Notes under the pieces: generated by a model
The model's database searches: none
What the model saw: only the letters and a program-made list of their open reading frames with translations
Told to the model about the DNA's origin: nothing
Translations under genes and position numbers: made by a program
Shown here: piece by piece, positions 20,737 through 30,768 of the stretch
How the letters are laid out: each line of letters begins with the position of its first letter
Position numbering within the stretch: the stretch's first letter is position 1
DNA from: Candidatus Heimdallarchaeota archaeon
GTDB lineage: Archaea; Asgardarchaeota; Heimdallarchaeia; JABLTI01
Direction: 5' to 3'
Length of the DNA stretch: 64,000 bases
Assembly (NCBI GenBank): GCA_019058275.1
Contig: JAHLVW010000050.1
Span: forward strand, 12,834-76,833

Positions 20737-23700
20737 TTAAACTTTGATTTTTTCCGATTGTATTTCTTCAGCTAGATTTTCTTTTTTCAACTCATCAAAT
20801 GTTCTAAATGCTTCGCTGAAAATTGCTTTCGCTTCATCTTCCTTACTATCAGCACTTTTTTCAGTGAATGTTCGTCGATTTCCAACAATAATCAATTTCG
20901 CTTTTGCCCTACTTATTGAAACATTCATCTGTCTCCAATCTCTGTGCAGTTGACCTATAATGTTCAGATCATTACTGTTAGTTAAACTTAGAATTATGAT
21001 TTCCCGTTCATCACCCTGGAATCTATCAACAGTATCTACACGGATCTGTTCAATTACTTCTTCAGGCAAATTCCTTGCCCTAAGTTCCCCATAGATAAGA
21101 TTGTTCTGGTGACGATATGGTGAAATTACTCCAATTTCCTTTGCTATTTCTATTTGACTTTTCTTGTTATAAGCTCCTAGAAACTCAGCCAGAACTTTGG
21201 CAATTATTTTTGATTCACGTATGTTAAATCGAGATTCAGTTTGTATATCTACTTCTTGTATACCCTCAATAGCTTCTTTATCCTTTTCAGTATTGACTAA
21301 GATTACTGGTTTATTTGGTTCAAATAATGTATTTATGAGCTCGGATCGAGACTTATCATCTTGAATTGATGTATCATATGGTTTCAAAAATTTTTCAATT
21401 GTATGTGTTCCAATCTTATCATTTGCTGGAACATAATTAATAGTTGGATAGAAACCATTCTTTACTATTCTCGAGATTGCTTCATTCATACGATATTGTT
21501 CTGATAGTATGATAACATTTTCAGTTTTCTTGGACCAGATTCGGAATAGTCGTTCAAAAAGTGAAGTTTTCAATGTATCATTTTCTCTTAGACCTGCCTT
21601 TAGTAGTACTTTAGGAACTTTAGGTGTATGTTCAATCGTTTCTTCAGTAACAACAGGTGGAAGCTGTTTGTGGTCTCCTACTAAAACCACCCTTGGATAT
21701 CTTTCTTGTGATTCAGTAGCTGGACACATGTGTCTAAGCGCTCCTAAACTTGCAGGTTCAGTTGCTTACCCAGCTTCATCTACAATTACCCAATGAAACT
21801 TTACTCCTTTCAAAAGATTATTTCCTACGCTTCCAAGTGTTCCAACCATAATTCCTGATTTTTTGTAAAGCTCAATACCTTTCTTTAAGACAGTCACTAG
21901 AACATCAGCGTCAGCTTTTTCTTCCATTTTCTCTTCAAATTTAACTTGATTTGATAAGATGAATTCCTTAACTTCGTCAGAGTGATCCTTTGAATATGAC
22001 TCGAGACGAACAATGTAAGGTTTAAATTCTTCAAAAGAAGATAATTTAGCTATCACTTCATCTGCAGCTCGATGAGTATTTGCTAATATTAGCACTGGTT
22101 TTGATAAATCAAATTCAGCATCATCAACTTGACTTGAATTTAGTAAATAGTACTCAGAAAAAATTTCCTTGGCTAATTGAGATATCATTCTTGTTTTTCC
22201 AGAACCAGGAGGTCCTTGTATAAGTAATATATCTCCAGGATTCAAACCAAGTGCTTTTTCAATAGCTTCTACCTTGAACTTGTCTAAAGTCTTAAGGAGT
22301 TTTTTTCTCTTTATTGGTTTGATTTTATTAGGTTTGGTTATCCCTAGAATTAGTTTAGTCATATGAGGTAATTCTTCATCATCAATTCTCCTACCAAGAA
22401 TTCCTGAGCGATTCATTGATTCAAAAAGAAAATCGGTTAATGAACGGGATTGTCATTTTGAAAAGATAACATTTTCAACTTGATCGATTCTGAAGTTTTC
22501 AGCGATTTTTCCTCTTCTTTTCAAAGTTGAGCGAGTTTTAATGGTTATTTCATTCGAACTTGAAGATGAAATCTTTCCTTCAACGCTAAATATCTCTCCT
22601 GGTAATAAATGGGATGGAGTAACAAAAACATCATCACCTTCTCTTATTCTAGTAAAGATTTTCTTATCTGATGTTAAAGTTAAGATATATCGATAAGGAT
22701 CGAATTTCTTCAGTTTTAAGCTTGGTATCGTAATTCCTTGATCCTCTAACTTTTCGATTTCAGTTGTTGCTAATCGATGGAGATATTTCTTTACATTATT
22801 CAATTCAAATCTTAGTTGTCTGAAATACCAAGACCAATACTCATACAACTCTTGTGGGAAATGTAACCAGATATCAGAATCAAGTAAACGTCGTCCATCA
22901 GAGCATATGCCTTGTTGATTAGATGGACAGTAATTACAAATTCTGTGCCAATTACTGCTTAGGAAATTAAAATCAGTTCCAAGTGCAGGCATAAATCTCT
23001 TCGAAAGGAATTTGTTTATTTTATATCGATCATAACCTGATAGTAACCCAGATTCTATTGCAAATGCAATGTTCCTTGTTTGTAGTAAAAGGTCAAGATA
23101 CTCATTACTTTGGTCATCTAATAATTCGATTTTTCTTCTCTTAATAACTGCATGATCTTGTAATGGGATAATTTCAGGATTATCTTCAGCTAGTTCTGCA
23201 TCTGCATCAAAAAATTCAATGTATGCTCTTGGAGCTTTTCCGGTCACCTTTTTGATTATTTCATGATAAGCAAATGCTTGAATTCCACCAGGATGTGTAA
23301 CTCCAGTAAGAGGATCATAATCAGATTCTATAAAGTAGCGACTGCCAGTTTTAATCTCCCAAAGTTCATCATAATCTTTCTTAAGAATAATCTGATCGGC
23401 TCTGCCTGAAATTCCTCTTTCCAATGAAAAAAGTAAAGTTTCATTTAACAATTGATTTTCATCTATCTTTTCAAATTGCTCAGCTATTTTATCAACGATT
23501 ATAGAATCGACTTGTAATGATAATTTTAAATCCTTACTTGGATCTCTATAGTAATTTTTCCTTAGCAATACTTCAAAATTGTCTCTCCATTCATCAAGCA
23601 CAGCCCTATTGTAATCTTGCATTGCTTTGACTGGATCTGCGCTTCTAACCCACTCATTAGAAGCATATTGAATCCCTTTATGGATTGCATTTCCTCTAAC

Positions 23701-24231
23701 AAAACCTATTGAAGTTGGCGAATTTCTAATGCTTCTTTGAAGTCCTAAAAATGATTCATAAAAGTATTTTGCTGGACAATTAAAAGCAAGCTCTAGTTCT
23801 CCTCCGGTAATATTGTAATCTGGTGAAATGATAAACTTCAAAATAACTAATTGTCCACTTTCTTCTGTATCCTTTCCATTTTCTGTTCTCTTACTAGGTT
23901 TCCAAATGGCTTTCATTATTTGTAATAGTAGTTCTGGTTGACGTCTTTCAGAAGCTAAACCAGCATAGCAGTACCTGAGAACATTATGATAATGCGAAAA
24001 TGTAGAATCTTTTGGTTTTCCAGGATACCATTCCATTGGGTAGATAATAGCATTACAAATATGTGCTCTTGTCTTTGGATCAAGAATTTTCAAAGAAAGC
24101 TGATAAGCATTTCCTTCTAATTCCCTAGTTCTAATAGCTAGAATTTGGAAATCAACAAATTTCGGGATACCAAGTGATGATTTCAGAACTTCTAAATGTG
24201 TGGATATTTCATCCATTAAGCATCCACCCAC
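20737..24231 (-). pseudogene. Dna2-like PD-(D/E)xK Fe-S nuclease + SF1 (Upf1-like) helicase, about 1164 codons, interrupted by two in-frame stops
   Basis: The three track ORFs share one frame. TGA at 22453-22455 (FSK*QSRS) and TAA at 21766-21768 (DEAG*ATEP). Motifs: CPAKY, GRAD, WEIKTG, QAFAY, CNYC..C, QGPPGSGKT, GDHKQLPP, QYRM, TVDRFQGDE, NVSISRAK. Confidence 0.88.
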
Positions 24232-25076
24232 TATTTATTCTCCCTAAATATTGAGAAGCTAAAATTCTTCTTAGTTTCTTCAAGAAATTCTACATCATAA
24301 ATTGCACTTAAATGATCTATGAAAATGGTTTTTAAGGCAAAAGCACTAGCCATGGTTGGAATTTTCTCCATTTGCTCCTTCAAACCTGTTCCATGTTCCA
24401 AGTATAATCTTAGTAGTTTTAATGCCTTATCCAACACTTCATCAGTTTCTGCTATATTATCAAATATTTCTTTATTGAGCAAATAAATTTTGAATAACCA
24501 AATATACGCTGCTAAGTATTCTCTATTGAGTAGAGAGATTGAACATCTTGCTAATTGTTGTTGAGTTCTGATCTCAGCATTTTCATCTTGGAGTTGCTCA
24601 GCAATTTTGTAAAGATTATCAATTGATTTTCGATAATAATTTTGTTCAGAAAGCGATAATTTATCATATTTTGGAATGGAATTAACTATATCTTCGAAAA
24701 ACTTTCCTTTACTTTTTACTATTCTTTCAGGTGATGTTTGAACTACTGATACCATTAATTTTCGAAGTTGTTTATAGAGATTAATTCTTTGTTGAAGGAT
24801 TTGATCATGGACTGTATCAGCTGCTTGAGTTAAATGATTCTCACTCTTTTTGAATTGCCAAGAATTAATTGTACTAACTCCTTTTCTAAAATTACTTAGT
24901 GCTAAATCTGCAGCTGGATCCAGAAACTCCTTCTTGTACTTCAGGGGAGCACCTGTTCTTTCTGAAGCCAGAAGCTTAATTATTATCTCTTCATGAGAAT
25001 CATTTTCCTCTAAGGTAATTATCGGATCTTTCGAATTGTATCTTTCAGATTCGATAATTTCTATATTATTTTTCAC
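24231..25076 (-). CDS. Hypothetical alpha-helical protein, translationally coupled to the nuclease-helicase
   Basis: 281-aa ORF whose stop overlaps the next GTG at 24231. Confidence 0.6.
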   Translation of the reverse strand: MKNNIEIIESERYNSKDPIITLEENDSHEEIIIKLLASERTGAPLKYKKEFLDPAADLALSNFRKGVSTINSWQFKKSENHLTQAADTVHDQILQQRINLYKQLRKLMVSVVQTSPERIVKSKGKFFEDIVNSIPKYDKLSLSEQNYYRKSIDNLYKIAEQLQDENAEIRTQQQLARCSISLLNREYLAAYIWLFKIYLLNKEIFDNIAETDEVLDKALKLLRLYLEHGTGLKEQMEKIPTMASAFALKTIFIDHLSAIYDVEFLEETKKNFSFSIFRENK

Positions 25077-25254
25077 TGTATCTTGAATGGTTTTCTGTAT
25101 TATTCTTTAATTTCCAACCCTTAGCAATTGAATTCTAACACTATAAAATTGAGAAACAATCATCTAATAAAAATTCATTGTCTCGAGTTTAAATGATTCA
25201 TTTTAGTTTTAAAAATCTAAGATAAAGAGGTCAACGAAAGTAAAATCAGATTGA

Positions 25255-25380
25255 AATAACATCCTTAATTGCAAATACAACGAATTTGTCTATATATTTA
25301 CAATTAGTGGTGTTATACTTCTAGTAACAATAGGCACTACAGCTATTGGTGTTATAAAATTCAAAAGACGAAAAGAGTAG
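25255..25380 (+). pseudogene. Start-less remnant encoding a C-terminal TM anchor with basic tail
   Basis: FTISGVILLVTIGTTAIGVIKFKRRKE* with no start codon after the upstream TGA. Confidence 0.35.
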
Positions 25381-25412
25381 AAAAAACTATTTTCTATTCA
25401 TGATTTCTTTTT

Positions 25413-26255
25413 CTAAACATTTTTACTTTCAGCCAAAGATGAAAGAATTGTACCTCTAGTTAGTAATAGCTGTATTTTTTCATTTTTTGGAAAGCGACCA
25501 GCAACACATCTTAATTCATCAAGTACTTGATTTAACTCATCAATTCTATTTTCTCGAGCAAATGTACCTATAATACTTGTTAGTGCTTGAGCAAATTCAG
25601 ACAGTATATTAGGATCATCTCTATTCTTATTCGCTAACATTCTAATTTCAAATAGTAATTTATCACAAGTAAAATTATGACGATCTGAACAGAAACGACT
25701 GATAGCATTTGAATAGCTCTTAGCGAAATGTGTTAAAACCACTTTGTTATCTTTGTATTCCTTAACTAATTTCCTCAATTGATTCAAGATCTTTGAAGTT
25801 CCTTCGACATCCCAGGAACCACGCAGATAGGAAATAACATTTGAGAATGTTTCAGCTAAGTATTCAGTTAAAATTTCATTCTGAGGATTGCTTTTTTGAA
25901 GCTTTTGTAATTCATCTAAAATATAAAACATATCAGCAAATGATTTTCTTGCACCAAACATTCTAATGGAACTTTTAAGTGACTTAGCAAAATTTTTTTG
26001 AATCGCTTTGTTAAAAGGGTAATTTTCGTTAAATGTTAGGAGTTCTTTAAACCAATTATAGAACTCTGAAATTGGTTGTTGTGAAGCAAAGTGAGTTATA
26101 AGATCAACTAATTCCTTTGATCGATTCACAGCCATTGCTTCTGCATCCGAATGGGATTTTCCTTTTAATCCAGATGGTGTTTTCATTTTAGCTTTACCCT
26201 TTAAAACTGAATCAAAAATGTAAGTAATGAAAATTAACCTTTGGTTATATACCAT
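25413..26255 (-). CDS. Helical (TPR-like) repeat protein
   Basis: About 44-aa repeats LxxLxxxxPxNxxIxxxxAxxxxxxI. Same repeat type as 49628-50881. True start probably internal (MKTPSG). Confidence 0.65.
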   Translation of the reverse strand: MVYNQRLIFITYIFDSVLKGKAKMKTPSGLKGKSHSDAEAMAVNRSKELVDLITHFASQQPISEFYNWFKELLTFNENYPFNKAIQKNFAKSLKSSIRMFGARKSFADMFYILDELQKLQKSNPQNEILTEYLAETFSNVISYLRGSWDVEGTSKILNQLRKLVKEYKDNKVVLTHFAKSYSNAISRFCSDRHNFTCDKLLFEIRMLANKNRDDPNILSEFAQALTSIIGTFARENRIDELNQVLDELRCVAGRFPKNEKIQLLLTRGTILSSLAESKNV

Positions 26256-26323
26256 ATTTTTGAAAAAATGAGAAAAATTGGATGGAAATCATCCAAAGTT
26301 AAATTCCAGTAAGGTATAATTAG

Positions 26324-27883
26324 TTAAGACTCTTTCAATCCATAAATCTTGGAAAATGTTCTATGAAGATAATCCAAGTAATATTTTGTTGAAAGCTCTT
26401 CACCAGTAATCTCTTTTATCAGATCTAATGGATCGTAAAGATTACCTTTTTGATGAACGTTTTTAATTAACCAATCAACAACATCAGAAAGATTACCTTT
26501 TCTGACTTGGTCTCGCCATTTAGGAATATCTTGTTCAATTTTCCACAATAATTGTCCATCAATTATATTGCCAATAGCATAACCTGGGAAAGTACCAAAT
26601 CCTCCTCCAGACCAATGAACGTCTTGGAGCAATCCTTCTGCATCATTCTCGATAGTTACACCAAGATATTCTTTCATCTTTTCATTCCAAATTTTAGGTA
26701 AATCATCAAAAGAGATATTTCCAGCAAACAAATCCTTCTCTATTTCGTGACGAACAATTATGTGCATTGAGTAAGTGACAGGATCTGCTTCCACTCTTAT
26801 TTTTGATGGGATAACTCTGTTGATAGCAAGAACAAATGGTTCCAAGTCAACATCAGCAAAGATATCACCAGTTATCTCTTTCAATTTTGGCAGATAATAT
26901 TCCCAGAATTCTTTACTACGACCAATTACATTTTCAATGAATCGTGATTGAGACTCATGAAAACCATCTGAGCAATAAAATCCAACTGGTTGGTATTTGT
27001 ATTCTTTTAGCATGTTTTGTTCATAGAGTGCATGTCCTGCTTCATGGAGCACTGCAAAAAATGAGCTTGAGAAATCATCTAATGTATAATTAGTAGTTAT
27101 TCTAACATCATCATAGAACCCAGTAGTAAAAGGGTGAACTGTTTCATCAATACGACCAGAAGTTAAATCATATTTTGCAGCTAATGCAGCGTCTTGTGAG
27201 ATTTTTTCTTGGATATCTTTTGGACAATCTCTTTGAATCAATGAATAATCAGGTTTATTTGGTGAATCTCTTATTGCTTTAATTAAAGGAATAAGTCCAT
27301 CACGAAGTTCAGAAAACAGCTCATCAAGTTTCTCTCGAGTAATTCCAGGTTCACCCAAATCTAGTAATACATCATAAGGATCTAAATCAGGATTTATGTA
27401 CTGAGCCCTTTTCTTGATAAGATCAAAAATCTTGATTAATTCAGGTTTAAACAACTCATAATTAGATTCCTTTTTCGCTTTTTTCCAAATTTCATTACCA
27501 ATAGCTGATTGTTTGGCAATTGCTTTTACTAATTCCTTTGGTACCTTTGTTTCTCGGTCATATTCTTTCTTTATTAAATGGATATTTCTTTTTTCAGCAG
27601 CAGGTAGTTTCTGATACTTTTCATGTTCTTTGATTTGATCCAGTAAAGAACCCACTTCAGAATCTGTAATCCTTTCATGAAGCAATCCACTCATCATTGC
27701 AAATTCTTCAGACCGTTGTTCCGTTCCTTTTTCAGGCATATAAGTATCCAAATCCCAGTAAATATGGCTATAGATATTATTTAAGATAACAATATCTTTG
27801 TATTTATCCAACAGCTTTTGATATAAATCAAATTCATGAGTGTTTTTTGTCATCATTATACTCCAGATACGGAAAAGTCTCAC
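26324..27883 (-). CDS. Carboxypeptidase M32 (Taq-like)
   Basis: HPF, DVRITT, HEAGH, HESQ, IRVEAD, QDVHW; start likely MMTKN. Confidence 0.93.
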   Translation of the reverse strand: MRLFRIWSIMMTKNTHEFDLYQKLLDKYKDIVILNNIYSHIYWDLDTYMPEKGTEQRSEEFAMMSGLLHERITDSEVGSLLDQIKEHEKYQKLPAAEKRNIHLIKKEYDRETKVPKELVKAIAKQSAIGNEIWKKAKKESNYELFKPELIKIFDLIKKRAQYINPDLDPYDVLLDLGEPGITREKLDELFSELRDGLIPLIKAIRDSPNKPDYSLIQRDCPKDIQEKISQDAALAAKYDLTSGRIDETVHPFTTGFYDDVRITTNYTLDDFSSSFFAVLHEAGHALYEQNMLKEYKYQPVGFYCSDGFHESQSRFIENVIGRSKEFWEYYLPKLKEITGDIFADVDLEPFVLAINRVIPSKIRVEADPVTYSMHIIVRHEIEKDLFAGNISFDDLPKIWNEKMKEYLGVTIENDAEGLLQDVHWSGGGFGTFPGYAIGNIIDGQLLWKIEQDIPKWRDQVRKGNLSDVVDWLIKNVHQKGNLYDPLDLIKEITGEELSTKYYLDYLHRTFSKIYGLKES

Positions 27884-27942
27884 ACAAATTTAAAGTATTA
27901 TGCTGAACTGAATAAGAAAAAAAAAGGATGAGTATGGATCTT

Positions 27943-29463
27943 TTAGAATCCATAAATTTTAGAATATTTTTCACTGGCTCTTTCAATGAAGTATCTAGCT
28001 GAGAATTCTTTTCCGGTTACATTCTTAACTAAATCTAATGGATCAAATAAATTGCCTTTGTTTCTTATGTTAGTATTAAGCCAGTTAAGAATATTAGAAA
28101 GGTCAAATTCTCTCATTTGATTTCGCCATTCAGGAATTTCTTTACCTAGCTGTGTCAAGAATTGAGCATTGTAATAACTTCCTAGTGCATAGGTTGGGAA
28201 GTAACCAAACAAACCCCATGCATAATGGGTATCTTGTAATATACCTTCTGCATCATTTTCAATGTCCATTGACAAATATTCTTTCATCTTTTCATTCCAG
28301 TAAATTGGTAATTCGTCAACTGTTAGTTTGTCTGTGAAGAGTTCCTTCTCTAATTCATATCTTAGGATAATATGAAGAGAATAGGTTACTGGGTCTGCAT
28401 GTATTCTAATCTTTGACTGAGTTACTTTATTTATTGCATGAACAAAAGGTTCCAATTCAACATCTTCAAAAATACTACCAGTTTGTTTCTTGAACTGTGG
28501 AAGGTAATATTCCCAAAATTCTGGACTTCTTCCAATGATATTTTCGATAAATCGTGCTTGACCTTCGTGCATTGCTGAAGAACAAGCTGAACCAATTGGT
28601 TGATACTTGTAGTTTCGGGGATAATTCTTACTGTAAAGAGCATGACCTGCTTCATGCAAACCTGCAAAGAATGCATTTGTGAAATCTTCTGGATAATATT
28701 TGACTGTTATTCTTGCATCATCATAACTGCCAGAGGAGAATGGATGAACTGCTTCATCAAGTCTACCTCCCTCGAGATCATACTGAACAGTTTTTGCTAA
28801 GTCAAGAATAACGTTTCTTTGAATTTCAACTGGGCATTCACGATAAATGAGAGAATCATCTGGTTGATTAGGAGAACCAATACAAGCTTGAATGATTGGA
28901 ATTAGACCTGTTTTTACTTCTTGAAAGATCCTATCATAGACTTCCTTAGTAAAACCTTTCTCATAATCATCTAACAAAACATTAAAAGGATCCATATTGG
29001 GATTCAAATAGTAGGCTTGCTTTTTCTTTAATTCAATCATCTGTTCTAATTCTTTTTTAAAGATGGAATAATCAGCTTTTGATTTTGCTTCTTTCCATTT
29101 TTGTGTAGCAATTGCTCCAAGTTTTGAAAGCTTTATAGCAAATTCTTGTGGAATCTTGGTTGCCTTGTCATAATCTCTTTGCATTAACTCTATGTTTCTT
29201 TTTTCAGCATCCACTAATTTATCATAATCTTTATGAGATTTGATTTCTTTCAAAAACGATCCGATTTTTGGACTAGTATTACGTTCGTGAATAATCCCGC
29301 TAAGAAAAGCTAATTCTTCAGTTCGTTGTTGAATGCCTTTTTTAGGCATAAAAACTTCATAATCATAATGAACAATACCACTAACACTCCCAAGAAGAGT
29401 GTTTTCCTTATGTATAGTCATTAATTTTTCATAAAGGTCAACTTTTCGAATAATCTTTGTCAT
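27943..29463 (-). CDS. Carboxypeptidase M32, tandem paralog
   Basis: HPF, DARIT, HEAGH, HEGQ, IRIHAD, QDTHY, GYFPTY. Confidence 0.92.
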   Translation of the reverse strand: MTKIIRKVDLYEKLMTIHKENTLLGSVSGIVHYDYEVFMPKKGIQQRTEELAFLSGIIHERNTSPKIGSFLKEIKSHKDYDKLVDAEKRNIELMQRDYDKATKIPQEFAIKLSKLGAIATQKWKEAKSKADYSIFKKELEQMIELKKKQAYYLNPNMDPFNVLLDDYEKGFTKEVYDRIFQEVKTGLIPIIQACIGSPNQPDDSLIYRECPVEIQRNVILDLAKTVQYDLEGGRLDEAVHPFSSGSYDDARITVKYYPEDFTNAFFAGLHEAGHALYSKNYPRNYKYQPIGSACSSAMHEGQARFIENIIGRSPEFWEYYLPQFKKQTGSIFEDVELEPFVHAINKVTQSKIRIHADPVTYSLHIILRYELEKELFTDKLTVDELPIYWNEKMKEYLSMDIENDAEGILQDTHYAWGLFGYFPTYALGSYYNAQFLTQLGKEIPEWRNQMREFDLSNILNWLNTNIRNKGNLFDPLDLVKNVTGKEFSARYFIERASEKYSKIYGF

Positions 29464-29589
29464 AATAAAAACTCACTAAACGATTAAAACGAATTACTGT
29501 TTTAAGTATTTTATTGAAACTGAAAGAAACCAAAAGGAATTTAATTAATAGAAAGAAAGTCAATCTACTAATGAGTGTGAGAAATAACC

Positions 29590-29958
29590 TTGAGTCCAGA
29601 AGCAGAAGAAGCACCAACAGATCACATGAAAGTAAGTAGAGCTGTGAAAAAGGGTATTCTTGAAGTCTTTGTCGAGAGAAATGCATACGATGAAGAAACA
29701 GCTATTAGTGAAGATGATCTTGATTTATTTGGACAAAAGAGATTTGCATTAGATGATCTTATCAAAGACGCAAAAATTATCGAAATACTGAGTGGAAGCA
29801 AGAAGTTTTACCACATAAATGAAGCATTCAAACCTGTGAAGGATTATAGAAAAGCGGTAGTTAGGGGATTGAGTATTCCTATGCTTATTTTCTTTTTAGC
29901 ACTCCTTTTAGCTGGATTTATTATGATTGTTTGGCAAATAGTCATTCGTTTAACGTGA
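29590..29958 (+). CDS. Hypothetical protein with C-terminal TM anchor
   Basis: Soluble N-terminal domain followed by one hydrophobic helix. Confidence 0.6.
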   Translation: MSPEAEEAPTDHMKVSRAVKKGILEVFVERNAYDEETAISEDDLDLFGQKRFALDDLIKDAKIIEILSGSKKFYHINEAFKPVKDYRKAVVRGLSIPMLIFFLALLLAGFIMIVWQIVIRLT

Positions 29959-30044
29959 AGCTGATTTTAAAATATTGAGTAAGATAAACTACTAATCAAA
30001 CGAAAGATTCAAAAAGAAAAATGAAACGAAGAAATAACAGAGCT

Positions 30045-30121
30045 GGGCGGGTGATCTAGCTCGGTATGATGCCTGCCTTACTAGCAGGATGTCGCCGGTT
30101 CAAATCCGGCCTCGCCCACCA
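30045..30121 (+). tRNA. tRNA-Val(TAC), CCA encoded
   Basis: Acceptor GGGCGGG/CTCGCCC, anticodon arm CCTGC-CTTACTA-GCAGG, T arm GCCGG-TTCAAAT-CCGGC, 3' ACCA. Confidence 0.96.
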
Positions 30122-30127
30122 TCTTTT

Positions 30128-30601
30128 CTACCAAGCTATAAAAAATCGGTATTTTATTCTGATGTCTCCTCCAAACTTATTATACCTCAAGTTGTCTGAC
30201 CAAATAAATGATGATCCATTGCTTTTTACTTGTATTATTTCAATTTCTGATTTTACTCCTTTTGCCATTTTAAGATAAATGTTAAAACCATCTTGTAATA
30301 TTTCAAATGAATCTTGTATTTCTTTAGTTATAGTAATATTTCTTGTATAATTATAATACAATCTTTCCTCTATTTTTATAGGATAATTTGTAAAAGATCT
30401 CCTATTCATTATCGATATTTTTAATGTATAACTACCTTCCTGTAATTGATCAATACATTCTATATCGTCAATCTGCAATATTATTATTTCATTTAAGATG
30501 CTTTTTCTTCTAAATTTCAATGGAAAGAAAATAATTGAAAAAACAACTAAAAGTATGAACATACTTGAGAATATTATATTCACTTTCTGTGTTTGTTTCA
30601 T
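30128..30601 (-). CDS. Hypothetical membrane-anchored protein, very AT-rich
   Basis: 157 aa, N-terminal TM, GGGG upstream; converges on the tRNA. Confidence 0.5.
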   Translation of the reverse strand: MKQTQKVNIIFSSMFILLVVFSIIFFPLKFRRKSILNEIIILQIDDIECIDQLQEGSYTLKISIMNRRSFTNYPIKIEERLYYNYTRNITITKEIQDSFEILQDGFNIYLKMAKGVKSEIEIIQVKSNGSSFIWSDNLRYNKFGGDIRIKYRFFIAW

Positions 30602-30768
30602 TTCCCTGATACCCCCATTTGTATTAAATGATATTCTCTTAATTAAATATTCTCAATAACTATTCAATCAATTTTTAATCATTAATTTTCATTGAATTCT
30701 TTGCTATATCCAAATCCTTTTTTATAACATGGTTTCCAATAACGAGTATAATTCTTGGAGATAGTCTT

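Noticed and set aside
21766-22455. Stop-codon reassignment or selenocysteine readthrough
   Set aside because: TGA and TAA terminate many intact genes here (iorA and SRAP use TGA; atpB uses TAA), TGG is used normally, and the two stops differ.
22453-24231. Cas4 of a CRISPR locus
   Set aside because: Fused in frame to an SF1 helicase (Dna2-like); no array or other cas genes.
24231-25076. Degenerate CARF-family protein
   Set aside because: Only a vague resemblance; no recognisable CARF Rossmann motifs.
30066-30278. 70-aa ORF
   Set aside because: Overlaps the tRNA and is antisense to another ORF.
30045-30601. Element integrated at tRNA-Val
   Set aside because: No integrase, and I saw no duplicated tRNA 3' end in the window; only one AT-rich ORF follows.
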